Below, piece after piece: positions 50,346 through 62,208 of a stretch of 64,000 bases of DNA. Source of the DNA: Vicugna vicugna. Taxonomy: Eukaryota. The first letter of the stretch is position 1. Each line of letters starts with the position of its first letter. The translations under genes and the position numbers were made by a program. The notes beneath the pieces are model-generated. The model ran no database searches. It saw nothing but the letters and a program-made list of their open reading frames with translations, and was not told where the DNA came from. The DNA is taken from the NCBI GenBank assembly GCA_013265495.1, contig MU057887.1:2451576-2515575 (forward strand). Direction: 5' to 3'.

Positions 50346-52419
50346 CAAAGCACACGGAGCCTCAGACAGAGACACCCTGTGAACACTGACCCCTTCCTTC
50401 CCTCTCTTCTCAGTCTGCTGTGTTCTACTCACAGGAACTCCTCTAGACCAAATTCAAGTACACTTCGATGATGCAGGCGTAGCTTGGGGCCGAAGGGTGG
50501 GGGCTGATGTGGACTTCTCCCGGGCACTCCGGTAAGGCACATAGACACACTACTGATGGGCGCCCCTTCCCTGCTCCTGTGCTCTGACGCGGGGGCTCGG
50601 GAAGGGCAGGCCCCCGACACGCACACCTCCCTGGGGCTCGAGCCTGGGTTTGCACCTGCCCGGCTGCAGACCTGGGCTTGTCCCCGCCAGGGAGTAAGGC
50701 AGGCGTCTAGTTGGGCACAGGAATAAAGTGCTGGCCGTTTCTCACCCACAGCTCATGATGTGGCTGGTCACACAAAACTAAAGCAGGGGACGCCCAGTGA
50801 CCTCTGTGTGTGGTTCTGACTAAAACAGGAAACAAGGGTTAGAGAAAGAGAGGTTTGGGGCCCATGTAATGAAGGGGCCTTCCTGAAATATGGGGCAGAG
50901 ACCTGTGTGGAAGGACAGGGGCGCTGGTGGAAGGCCGTTGCAGGAAGGAGGGAATTCAGGAGAGGGACCTCGAGCACAACTCAGGGGCCAGGAGGTCACA
51001 GGAGGAGTGACGCCCACGTACCAGCTGCTGGTCTGTGTCCCTGAGGCCTGACCCCCGACGTGGCGGTGCCAGGAGGGGGCCCTGAGGGAGGGGACAGGCC
51101 AGGGAGGTGCAGCCCCTAAAGGGGACCAGGACCCTCATGAGAAGGGAGACTCTCTGTCTTTACCTTGTGGGGACACAGCAGAAAGGCTGCGGTCTGCAAG
51201 GCAGGAGGAGAGCCCTCCCCAGGCTGGACTCTGCCAGCGGCCTGCCCTCGGGCTCCTTGCCTCTGGTGCCCGTGCTGTTTCCAGCCCCAAGGCCGCAGCA
51301 TCCCTGATGGGGAAGCAAGCTGCCCCTGAGGGGGCCTGGGGGCTGGGGCCTCGGGGGGGGTGCTGTGGGAGAGCAGCCCTCGAGCCAGGCCCTCCAGGCA
51401 CAGAGTCACCGTTCACGACAGACGCTCACACCGCCAGGGCCCCCACGCCCTGACAGGGGTCCCTTGGGGGACCCGAAAGGGTTTCAAAGGGCCCGACTCA
51501 GGCGTCAACAGCCTTTGGGCAGCTTAAAGACAGGAGAGAGCACTTGGGGAAGAGAAAGCAGGACCTGAAAATCGTGGATGTGTGCAGCATGGCGCCCCCC
51601 GGAGGGAAGAGGGGAGGCCAGCGGAGACTGGCGGCGGTGCTGGGAAAGATCTGAAACCTCGAGGGCTCTCAGTGCCATTGGTAGAGTTTCCGAATGTACT
51701 GAGGGAGGCAAGGAGGAACTCGGCAAAATCTTGAGACCGAGGAAAGAGCACACTGAAGGGCCTGCTTTCTCAGTGCGCCCCACGGGGCTCGTGCTGAGAT
51801 CACGGGGCTCACTCTGGAGCCCAGAGGACAGGAAAAAAGAGGGCCAGGCTGGATGTGTCTTGGAAAGAACTTCTAGGGGAAGAAGCATGGGGTGGGGGGC
51901 TGACGCCTTCCCTCCAAGCCTCTCTACAAAGACAGACTCTCCTGCAGAGGGCTCGATCACGGGCGGCAGGAGATGGCGATTCCTGAGCCGAACTCCAGCT
52001 CCTCGGATGCCGATCCCAGCCCCCACGTGAGGGTGGAATCACTTGGACGCACTGCTACTTCCATCCCAGGCTGGGGCCTATTTGAAAAGAGACAAACTAT
52101 GATAAATGATGTGTGTTTGTGTCCCCGTGGGGCTGACCGTCAAGACCAAGTGAGTCTCCTTGGCGTCCTCCTCTGAAAGGAGCCGTGTTTCTCGGGGGCG
52201 AGGAGGCAGGTGTTCCTCTGCACCAGCCCCTGCCTCCCCGAGCCCTGTCCCTCCGGCCCTTCCCCTCTCTGGAGCAGGAGTGATGAAAACTGGCGTCTTG
52301 TGGTCTCAGCCATCGCTGCCCACACTGACGGACTCAGCCCAGGTGGAGGGGGCTGGCGGAGGACACTTTAATGAGGAGCCAGGTGCTCCCATCTTACTGG
52401 GGCCCCCACAGCCACGTGC

Positions 52420-52940
52420 AGAGCATCATTAACAAGAATAGAGCAGCCCCACGTTGAACTTGAAAATCGTCACGAAACTTGGGCTTCAAATACCTCCCCA
52501 GAGATGTGCGGTTTTCTCTGCTGTTCTCCTCAGAAGGAACGTTCTTCCAAATAAGTTTTTATATCTTAAAAAAAACTTTAAAACACCTAGAATGTGCATC
52601 CTTCTACCCCTCTGCAAGGTGAAAAATATGCCGTTAACTGTGCAATTATGTGCGATCCGTTGGGAAGGCAACAGCGGACACACACTTAATGATCTTTCCA
52701 AGAAGATCTGACACAGGTTAGGTGCCAAGTTGGCAAAGGTCACCAGTGAAAGGTTGAGCCAGCCCAGCCCCAGTGAACAAAGCCATTCAGAGCCGTTAAA
52801 AGAAAGCCAAGTGAGGGGCCGTCGCTTTGAATGTGGGCAAGAGGGAAGCGAACGCTTTTCTTCAGCGGCGTGGGGAGTAGAATGTTTCTGAACGAACACA
52901 TTAGGGAGAATTTGCTAGACCAAACTGATGGAAGCCTGGC
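52420..52940. promoter_or_regulatory. candidate conserved non-coding element
   Basis: Unique AT-richer island with TTCCAAGAA (52696-52704), TGCCAAGTTGGCA (52723-52735) and CAAAGGTCA (52734-52742). Confidence 0.35.
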
Positions 52941-53679
52941 TTTTCTGGTGGCAGGCATATCCGAGGACACGCCTCAGCCTCCAGGATGTCCCAAGGACCT
53001 CCGTGTCCACTGAATGTCCAGCAACTCTGAGCTCTGCTCTGTCTGACGTGCCATGCGGGGTGAGCACGTTAACGAACAAGCAAAAGCGTCTAAATCGAGA
53101 TCTTGATTCTCACCTGTCTCAGGCCAGGAGAGACTTGATGAACGGGTTTGAAAATACGCAGAACTCCCTGCATGAGTCGGGAGGCTTGTGCTTGAAATAC
53201 TGGCTTTTAGCTTATTTGAAAATAATTGTTCAGATAAATATTAATCTTGGATGACAAAGTGGCCAAGAAGCACTTAGAGCACCAATACGAAGGAGACCAC
53301 ATTTTACACGTGGGAGGATTTGCACCAAATCAGAAACGTGTAGCTGCTGACGTCTCCCAGCGGACGGCTCCGACCTGCCGTGCCCGGGCACCTTGGCGGG
53401 GCTGCTGTCCCGACGCCGGGAACCCCTTGTTCACTCATCACTCGTTTCCTGAGCCCTCGGGCTGCTCTGCTCTTGGAATCCTGCCTTATGCAGAACGTAC
53501 AAAGTCGGCACAACACAGGGCTGGCCCTTTGGTCACTTGTTAGACATGGGGGACAATCGAGCAACTAGAGGAGTGACATGCAGAGCAGTGGGCGTGGGGA
53601 CAGCAGTGCGCGCAGATGCCGCGGGCACCCGGGTGAGCGGTCACACCACGGCTCATCTTCCCCAGCTTCTGTGGGAAAG

Positions 53680-54031
53680 CCCCGTGGACAGGGGGTCCCA
53701 AACCACACACATGGGTTTCTCCCAATTCGGAGGCTGGAAGGCCAAGAGCACGGTGCCAGCAGGGCTGGGTTCTGACGATGACTCTCCCTGGGCATCAGGT
53801 GACCAACTTTGAGCTGCATCTCCCACAGCCTTTCCCTGGTGCATTTGCCCAGAGAAAATCTGTTGTCTTTCCTTACGGACACTAATCCTATGGGGTTGGG
53901 ACCTGACCCTCATGACCTCAATTAATGTTAATTACTTTTTAGAAGACTCTGTCCCCAAATGTAGCCACACCAGGGGTCAGGGTTTCAACATGTGGATGTT
54001 GGAAGACACAAATACCCAGTCCCCCACAGCA
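53680..54031 (-). mobile_element. MLT1A/B-like LTR
   Basis: GGAGGCTGGAAGGCCAAGAGCACGGTGCCAGCAGGG, GGACACTAATCCTATGGG, ACCCTCATGACCTCAATTAA, AGGGTTTCAACATGTGGAT; ends CAGTCCCCCACAGCA. Confidence 0.88.
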
Positions 54032-54167
54032 GCCCAGGCCGGGAGGGCAGACGGTGTGGGGGGGCCAGTTTTGCAGAGGACAGTGGGCTCTCTGGCTCAA
54101 GAGGCCAAGTGCAAAGACCAGGAGAGTGGAAAGGAAGTCAGTGACAGAGGGAACCAGACTGCAGCAT

Positions 54168-54271
54168 TGTATGCGTGGGTGTGTGCCTGTGAGTGCTTGC
54201 CTGTGTGTACGCATGCGATCATGCATGCATGCACCCATGTGCGTGTCTGTGTGCGCACACGTGCTTGTGTG
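54168..54271. repeat. degenerate (TG/CA/CG) purine-pyrimidine alternating tract
   Basis: TGTATGCGTGGGTGTGTG..CATGCATGCATGCAC..GTGTGCGCACACGTG. Confidence 0.7.
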
Positions 54272-54869
54272 ATGAAAGAGAGCCAGGCTCGGGGACCAGT
54301 CCCAGCTCTGGGAGCTGGGATTGGAAAGAGCAGGGGGCAGGACTGAAGAGACATACATGCCAGGCAAAGGCACCTGGAGACGGTCTTGAAGGTAATGCTG
54401 CTTCCTTAAAGCCGCTTGCTGAGGGAAGCCCCGCAAGGGGACGTGCATCGGAGGGAGAGACTGAAGGGCGGGAGACACCGTGGAAGTGGGCGAGGCTGAA
54501 AGCCAGGAGGACCAGTCCCTCACATGCCCGCAGGAAGTTCTCATGGGGCCGTGGCGGGGGTCACGGGATCGTCTACCTCGGGGCGAGGGCACCAAGCGCC
54601 CAGCGGACGTGAGCGGCGGTGTGGCCGCGGTCACCCGCCTGCAGGAGCTGCGCCTCCAGGGTGCCCTGGGCGCTTCAGGGGACGGCCAGGGCGGCTTTCC
54701 GTGCCGAAGTCCCTGCGCCTGGGGCAAGGTGCCTGCCCCATCATCTGGGTTACAACTCGTACATCTTCCTGGTGAGCCGCACCTCTGTTCACCGGGAGAT
54801 GCCTTGCAAACCTAGTCTGAGGGTTACTTACAGCGCTGCAACTCCAGACGTCGCGCGCCTTTGCAATCA

Positions 54870-55800
54870 GTATTTGTTTAGCCTTTTACTAACTTGTTTT
54901 CTGTTTTCTTCCCTCAACAACCCTTTTGCCATCTTCTTGCTTCCCTCTGAAATAAATGATGACACGTTTCTTTGGGGAGATAAACTCTCAGTGTTAATTA
55001 CCTAAAAATGCCTTTCCCTTCACTGCTGAGTCACAGCTGCACAGGTGAGAAAGCTGCTGCGACTCGAGGGGCAGAATCCCGCTTCCCTTTGGTTTCCATC
55101 GTCGCTGTTAGAATATAAGCTATTGTTTCGAGCTTTTTCCGTGAAGTCATCTGGATGCTTCCACAACCTTCTCCTTTCCCTTTGCATCAGGGTTCTCCAT
55201 TGATTTATCCTGATGTTAATTTATTTCTATTTATCTGGCTTAGGATTCAGTAAGCTGTCAGCATATGATGATTTGTGGTCTTAATTCTGAAAAACTCTTT
55301 GCCACCATGCTCGATTTTGCCTTTTTCCACGTTTCTTTCTCCCCCCTTTCTTCTCTTCTTTCCTTTTTTCCCTCTAGAAGTTGCCTTTAAATGTAGATGG
55401 TTTTTTTTTTTACTCTGTCTTCCATCCCTCTCAATCTCGCTTTCATTTTCCTGTATTTGAGTGTCTCTGTGTTGAATTCTGGGTGGTTTACTGAGATCTA
55501 TCTGTCTTCTGCTCAACTTCGTATCTTCAATTTAACCTAAACACTGAGAAGTAAATTCAATTGATGAGATGCTTCATTTTGAAAGTTCTCTGTGCTTCTC
55601 AAGTATACGTATCTTTTTGATAGTCTCATTCTTCCCAATGTCTTTACACAAAATCTGTTTTCTTTAAGCTTATTAAACATGTCTATTTAATACTCTTTCA
55701 AAACACTAAAGCTTTGAGTATATAAGTCTTCTGGCCTCCACCCCATGATTTTCACTCTTGGTTTGTTTGACCTGATCTTGGTTAATCCCGTTTCTAAGTT
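54870..55800 (-). mobile_element. ancient L1M/HAL1 ORF1 remnant, antisense
   Basis: T-rich; ATAAACTCTCAGTG, TTCCATCGTCGCTGTTAGAA, TTATTTCTATTTATCTGGCTTAGGATTCAG, AATTCTGAAAAACTCT, CTCTGTGTTGAATTCTGGGT. Confidence 0.7.
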
Positions 55801-56439
55801 GAGTGTCTGTGTTCTCTGAACACCGTGGAAGTCGCGGATGGCAGTTTCTGAAGCGGGGATTCACCAGGGAGGGCATGTACGTGTCTTGGTCATGGACCTG
55901 GGAGTGATGCTAACACGTGCGTCCACTTGGGGCACAGCTTCCCGTTCCCAGTGGCAGCCCCTGCTTTGTCCCTGGTTCCCAGAGGAAGTCACTTCCTGGC
56001 CTCCGCTGCTGGGGAGGATTTTCTTGGCTCATCCGCCCCCTCTGTGCGAGCATAGGGTTTATTTGATTTAAAGATCTCCATTCCAGCTGCTCTCCTGGGG
56101 CCGTCCCCACGTCTCCTTCACAACCCAGGTCTCCAAGGTCCTGGCACATAGACTCGATCTGAGGCAGCATCGCTGGCAGCGTGGCACGGGTTTGTGCTGT
56201 GAGGACCGCCTGTGCGTTCACAGAAGCGCGATTATACTCCTTTTAAGCATGTTGTTCAGCACGTTTAACCTTGCGTTGTAGGAGGTCCTCCAGGGTGGGA
56301 AATGCACCATGTGTGTTTCAGACGCAGGTCAGCCGCAGCTCCGCCCGTCTGTGTGCCCTCCACGTTGTCAGCTCGAACACAGGGACCGGAGCATTCCCGG
56401 CTCTGAGTCTGTGCACGCAGCACGGGAGCTCTCCGGGGA

Positions 56440-56600
56440 GCGACTGCGCACCGAGCACCTTCTCCTTCATCGTGTCTTTGCACCTCACGGCCCCTCTACA
56501 GCCCAGGCGCGCCAGGTGTTATCCGCACTCCATCATGTTGAGAACCTGAGGCTCAGAGAATTTTAAGCAACTTCTTGTCATCACACAGCTCGTAGCTGGC
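56440..56600 (-). mobile_element. MIR
   Basis: GAGAACCTGAGGCTCAGAGAATTTTAAGCAACTT..TCACACAGCTCGTAGCTGGC. Confidence 0.75.
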
Positions 56601-56989
56601 TTGCTGACATCTTGAATTTTTTTCACGAGACCCTGGTCGCCGGCTGCACGCTCTGCCTTCACGACAACGCTTTGTCTGCGTCCATGCGACGCGGTGTATT
56701 TATTTTACTACCTGTGGTGAGTGCACGATAAATTGCAGGCATTCAGTTTACAGCCGGAGGGGCTGTTCGCTCCTCAGCACTTTCGGAGCAAGACCGCGCC
56801 TGCGTTTTCCTTCAGAGGGAAAGTTCTTTGAAACTTCCTGAAAAGGTTTTGCAGGCTGAGGCTGAGGAATAAAATTTGATGAGCGGCACAGGGGACTTAA
56901 AATGGACCATCAGATTCTGTGACCTCGACCAGAGGATCGGCAACTGCTGTTCCTCGTTTCCTCCAGGTCTCTGCTTGATCCCGCCCCCC

Positions 56990-57227
56990 CGCTGGCCCTC
57001 CTTGACGGGCCCGTTTAAGCAGCAACCGCTCCACCCGGGCGCCCCCCACCACTCTCCGGGCTTTATTTCTGCCTGTAGCTTATACCACCCCCGACATGCT
57101 GTGTCCAGTGTCTGCCTCCCCACTTAGGGCGCCAGCGCCTAACGTTAGAGACGTTGGCTGGGTGCTTCATTAATGCCGACACCAATGCCTAGAATAGTGT
57201 TTATTAAATAGTTTCATGAAAGAATGA
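56990..57227 (+). mobile_element. L2 3' end
   Basis: GTCTGCCTCCCCACTTAG, CCAATGCCTAGAATAGTG..TAAATAGTTTCATGAAAGAATGA. Confidence 0.65.
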
Positions 57228-58379
57228 CAGTGATATAGTTTAGAAGTATGTGCTCATTCTTCCCATTGTCTCAGCTGAGCCTGGCATCAGCCTTCCGCGA
57301 CAAGCAAGGGGGGATGAAGCAAGAGGGGAAGCCGCCTTGCAGACACGCCGGGAAGCCGCAGCGCCGAGCGCGCGCTTGTCCTGTAGCGCGCGCCTCTCTG
57401 AGCCTTGGGGTGGGATGGGACAGTCACAGTCCACAGTCTCGGATCCCACACCTTCACTCAGGCAGGAGGCTGCTTGGCTCTTAGGGAGACCGTGCAGGAG
57501 GCACGGATACCCGGGCTGCCCGGCAGCGTTGGCAGTGCCCGGAGTTCAGCTGCTGCCTGAGGACGGGGAAGCCGATGGACGGCTGAGCGGCTGTGGGTGG
57601 TACCTGAGTCTTTGGAGACCCCAGTTCTCCCATCTGTAGCCCCTCAGGTGGTTTCCAGACCTGAGTCACTGGGAGTCACCCAGGGGGCTTCTTGTCTTGT
57701 GACACATTTTTTATCAAATTCTGAACGCATTTTGACACATTCTCTCTGGTGCGTACACATGGTCTCATTTTCTCTCCCCTATTATCTCTTCTGCCCACGA
57801 TTTACACCCCACAGTGTCACACACACGCACGGTGTTCATATGAAGCCACCGTATGAAAGCCCTAGATTTCCCTCCCCACGTGGCGGAGGTCAAAGCCAGT
57901 GGCATCCACACGTCCCGGCCGCCTGGCGCCGGACAGCGCACGCGGCGTCACACTGCTCGTCTGGGCGGAGCGTCACAAGAGCAGGAAGGGGTCAGTGCTT
58001 TCACGCCCACCCGAAGGGTGGGACATCCCGTCTCCTCCAGACGTGACGGGGGAGTCCCCGGTGGGCAGGATGCTCTTGGACGTCCAGGGTTTCAGCCCTG
58101 CGTTCCCCGAATCGAGGCCGGTTACTGATGTCAGGTGCCCGGTGACTGCCCGCCCCACGATTCCAGACAGGTTTCGGAGCCCAGGGGCCCAAGCGGAGCG
58201 CCACGCGGTGAACATCACAAAGACGTTCCTCCAGCTCTCTTTCCATCCTGGCCAACGCACAGAATAAACGCGTCCACAGGACTTGGGTTTAAGAGGACTA
58301 CAGGGACTCAAAACTGTCAAGATAATAAAGCAGGATGTCTCAGCATTCCTTGCGTGTTCCCACCCTCCAAAATCCACAC

Positions 58380-58990
58380 GTTCAACTTCATAGGTTTCCT
58401 CACGATCAAGCACCTTGAAATCCCCAGCTGGAGAAGGAATCAACAAATGATATGTCTGAAAATGAGCTGCAAACATCCGCCCACACACGTGCACACCCGC
58501 ACGCACGCTCTGCTGGGTTTGGGTGCGGAGCCGGGCGGCGACGACAGCAGGTCAGCGAGCCTTCCGACGTGTGGTCCGCGGCGGGGGCAGACCGCTGTCT
58601 TCTGAGTCTCGGCACCTATCACGGGGCTGTCATGACAGAGGCGTTCACAGCACGCCCAGCTGGCCTCCCGTTCTCAATATTTAAATATCATTCACAAGTT
58701 TATGAAACTGTCTGAAAATGTTCATCTCCCTGTTGGTTCTAAAGATTTATTCTTCCTGGAACTTTAATTTATGTAGCCAAGTACTGGAACTGAGACTCAG
58801 AGCAGTATTTTATTATATTTTTTTGGGGAAAAAAAATCTGTTAAACAAGTAGGCGGTTCCCGTGGAGCTGGGCGATGTGCCGGGGCATCTGGCTCTGCTA
58901 GGAAACACTCAAACCAGCGGTTTCCAGCAACTTCACAGCAAGCGCAGCATTTGTCAGGTCCTTCCTATTAATCCATGTTTTTAAATAAAA
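58380..58990. promoter_or_regulatory. candidate conserved non-coding element
   Basis: Unique sequence with palindromic CTGTCATGACAG (58627-58638), TTTATG cores and TTCCTGGAA (58753-58761). Confidence 0.35.
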
Positions 58991-60294
58991 TGGCTCTGGC
59001 AGAACCTGATGGAGGGAGTGCTGCTCACAAGCTCCCCACGCTCCGTCGGGCGGAGCTGCACCCTCCAGGCTGGGTCCCATCCCCCCGTGTCCTGTGTGCT
59101 CCTCTCTCCTCTGTGTGGATTGTTGGTGAGATCTGACCCAGAAGGTCACCGTAAACACCATCAGAAAAGGCGGGGGGGTCAGCCATCCTCTCCTTGAGCA
59201 GAGAGCACTGCCTGCGTGCTGTCAGGAGCGCTGCTCTGTGCTGTGCGCTCCTGGGAAAACGTTTTCTCGTCCCCCAAACACACCATCTCCTAGTGCTCGC
59301 GGTTTTACCTCAGGTGCTGCAGTGGGATACTTTATTCATTGAAAGGACGTGTCTGGAAACCATTACACAGTAAATCCCAGGCAACACGTGCGTGCGGGCT
59401 GCAGAAGCAGCCTTCTCCTGGAGTTCAGGGGACACACGTTCAGCGGGCAGCAGAGCCCTCTGGGAGCTGGAGACTCTGGGTCAGACACTTGTTCCCAGAC
59501 TGAAGCTGGATTGACTGTGGTCCCACGGGGGTGGGTGTCCTGACAAGCTCCTGAAGGCTGCAAAAAGTGGACTAAAAGGGAGGCAGAGAGACAGGGCAGA
59601 GAGCGAGAGGTTGAGGGCACGCTCTCAACCTGCCAGCTGTGGAAGCGGACAGTTCATTCTTTGCAGATCTCTGTTCAGAAAAAGCCCGAATATGATGTAT
59701 ACATCGATTAGTGCCCAGGAATTGACTGTAACACCGTGTGTGTGCGTGTCTGCGTGCTTGAATTCCGCGTTGCTCGGCGCAGGCACACACTCACCCCAAA
59801 GCAGAAACTCGCGCGGGTCAGATGAGTCGCACTGCTCACAGCGGTGTTTACAGTGCGCGGGCTCGTGCTGCAGGGCTGTGTGCTTGGCCGCAGCACCTGT
59901 CCCCGGGGCCCCAGGCTGGAGACAGAGCGGACAGAAGGAGGGGAGGCGGGAGGAAGGGGCCGGGCACTTGGGGAGCCTGTTGGGATGCTTGAGTCTGGTG
60001 GTCCAGGCCGTGGCACTTCCGGGGCTGTGTCTGCTCCCTGGGACCCTGAGGCTGGGCGCTCTCCTGGTGCTCGGGGCGCAGCTGGTTTCCCGAGGAGAAA
60101 AGCTATCTGGTCTCCTGTTGGACTGAGGAAGGGGGCCGGGGGCCTGCTGGGGTGGGTTTCTGAGCCATGGAGCTGCTCCGCCAGCCTCGATGTGCCGCTG
60201 ACCCCCGCCTTGTGGTGGATTTGAGAAGCGCGGCCTGCAGGGTTGGAGAAGGGGCGTTGGGGAGAGAAGGGGTCAGCTGGGAAGGGCATCGTTA

Positions 60295-60360
60295 ATTCGC
60301 TTCCTCCCTCATTCAACAGACACTTATTTGGCATCTACTGTTTACCAAGACATTGTTACT
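60295..60360 (-). mobile_element. L2 3' end remnant
   Basis: TCATTCAACAGACACTTATTTGGCATCTACTGTTTACCAAGACATTG. Confidence 0.7.
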
Positions 60361-60694
60361 TGTTCAGGTTCACTTAGAGCCAAAACAACCCCCCAGAGGG
60401 GACTGGGGGCAAGTGCCCGTCGAGGAGTCGGACTCGTGCCTGCAGGCGGTGGGTGCCAGTTCCTCTGCGCTCTTCTTCCAAAATTCACTCTGGAATAAAA
60501 TCTACAGAGATTACTCTAAGTGAGGAGGTTTATTCCTTCCTTTACAGAATGGGCAGTGAGATCCAATGAAGCCTCTTCCACGTTAACAAATGGTGGCCCC
60601 ACAGCTCCGTGACCTGCACGGAGGGCCACCTCCTCTGTCACGGTCCCACTGGATGGAGTCAGGTGAGGGGAGCTGGCTTCCCTAGCTCATTTTT

Positions 60695-60990
60695 CCACCG
60701 ATCTGTTCATCTATCTGTCCATCCGTCCTTCCATCAATTGATCCCCATCCAACTATCCACCTATCTGCCCATCATCCCTCTGTCCATCCACCCATCCACT
60801 CACCCAGCCATCCCCACCCAGAGACCCATTCATCTCTTCATCCACCCATCCACCCATCAATTGATCCCATTCAGCTACTTATTCATCCATCGTTTCTCTA
60901 TCCATCCGCCCATCTACCCACAGATCCATTCGTCTCTTCATCCACCCATCCTTCCCTTCCTCCTCCCCTTCTCTCTCCACCCCTTTCTTC
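60695..60990. repeat. degenerate (CCAT/TCCA)n simple repeat
   Basis: Many CCATCCATCCACCCATCC units; the motif CATCAATTGATCCC occurs twice. Confidence 0.9.
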
Positions 60991-61200
60991 ACACTAGGCC
61001 AAGAACACTGAGCTCACGTGCGCCTCCACCTGGGTAGATGCTGAGATCAGGATGAGATGGGGAAAAGCACGTGTCCCTGGCTTCTCCTTCTACAAACCAG
61101 CAGCTCACGGGGAAGACAAGCTTGATTTAACGCAGCATCAAGTCAAGCGCATGCCTGCTGCTCAGCTAAGCTACACAGGATCAGGCGTGCAGAGTCTGAG
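60990..61200 (-). mobile_element. L2 remnant adjoining the CCAT repeat
   Basis: ACTGAGCTCAC..TAGATGCTGAGAT..GTCCCTGGCTTC..GGGGAAGACAAGC resembles antisense L2. Confidence 0.45.
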
Positions 61201-62084
61201 ACCCGGGTTTGCAGAAGGCCCTGGAGCAGCGTTAACTAAGGTAATCAGGTCAAGATGCCTGCGGCCACCCAGTTACCCAGCATCCCGGAGGGCACCCCTG
61301 TTTCTGCAGGGTGCTTGTGGGAACTGGCCACTGCTGCCTTCATGCAGGCGGACCCTGCTCCCTCCAGCTCCCTGCCTTTGCCTTGTCTTGTGGAGGACTG
61401 GCACAGCATGTGGTGGCTCTGCACGTGTCGGGCAGGCCATGCAAGCAAAGGTCTAAGTGCAGCTAATCTGAGTCCTGTCTGACCAGCTCGTGATGGTCCT
61501 GGGATGCAAAGATGCAAAGTTTGCAAGGAGCTGCCTGGAGATGCCACCCACTGGCCTCCCCACCCACTAGGAGATGTCAGGGGAGGGTTTCCCCTGGCCT
61601 CCTGGGTCCTGGTGGGCACGGGGCTCCCTGCCCTGCCCTCTTCACGGACTGCAGCCATGTTGGGCACTTCAGCGGCACCGTGCCCCATGATGCCATCCTG
61701 TTCCCATGTTGCCCTCTCCAGCATGTGGGGTCAGCAGCCCTGAACCCAGAGGAGGCTCCTGTGTCTCTGATGCCTAAGTCTTGTCTTGTTTCCTGTGTGC
61801 AGGACAGGAGCTCTAGAATTCTCTACTCCATGTCCTCCACTAGTGTTTTTTGTTTCCTTTTTATTTCACAGAGCCTCCTCCGTGACCGCCACAGCCTTCC
61901 CTCAGTCCCACTCAGGCGGCGCATGCGAACGCTACGTCAGTACGCGACGGGTGTCGATCATGCCAGCTTTTGAACTTCCAGCATCCAGGGGCATTGACCC
62001 TGGTCTTCACAACGAGGAGCCAGTGCTCGCTGCTTTCTCAACCAGTGCTGACTCTCCTTGGTTATTTCATAAGCAGATGTCTTA

Positions 62085-62208
62085 CCCGAATACCAGCCTC
62101 CATCAGGCTGTGAGCAGTGTCTCGATTTTCTTTCTTTATCTCCCACAGACCTCAGCACAGCTCTGGGCAAACGGTGGGAGCTCACTCGCTGGTTTAGTTG
62201 GTCTGAGT
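62085..62208 (+). mobile_element. L2b/c 3' end remnant
   Basis: CTCCATCAGG..TTTATCTCCCACAG..CAGCACAGCTCTGGGCAAACGGTGGGAGCTCA. Confidence 0.5.

Noticed and set aside
50420..51060. Possible old LTR (AATAAA near 50722)
   Set aside because: No diagnostic family blocks, termini or TSD that I could identify.
57368..57394. GCGCGCGC-N-GCGCGCGC hairpin or pre-miRNA
   Set aside because: Low-complexity self-complementarity, and the stem is too short.
61844..61990. Strong-looking splice acceptor TTTTTTGTTTCCTTTTTATTTCACAG
   Set aside because: No convincing donor or coding signal downstream; such sites are common by chance.
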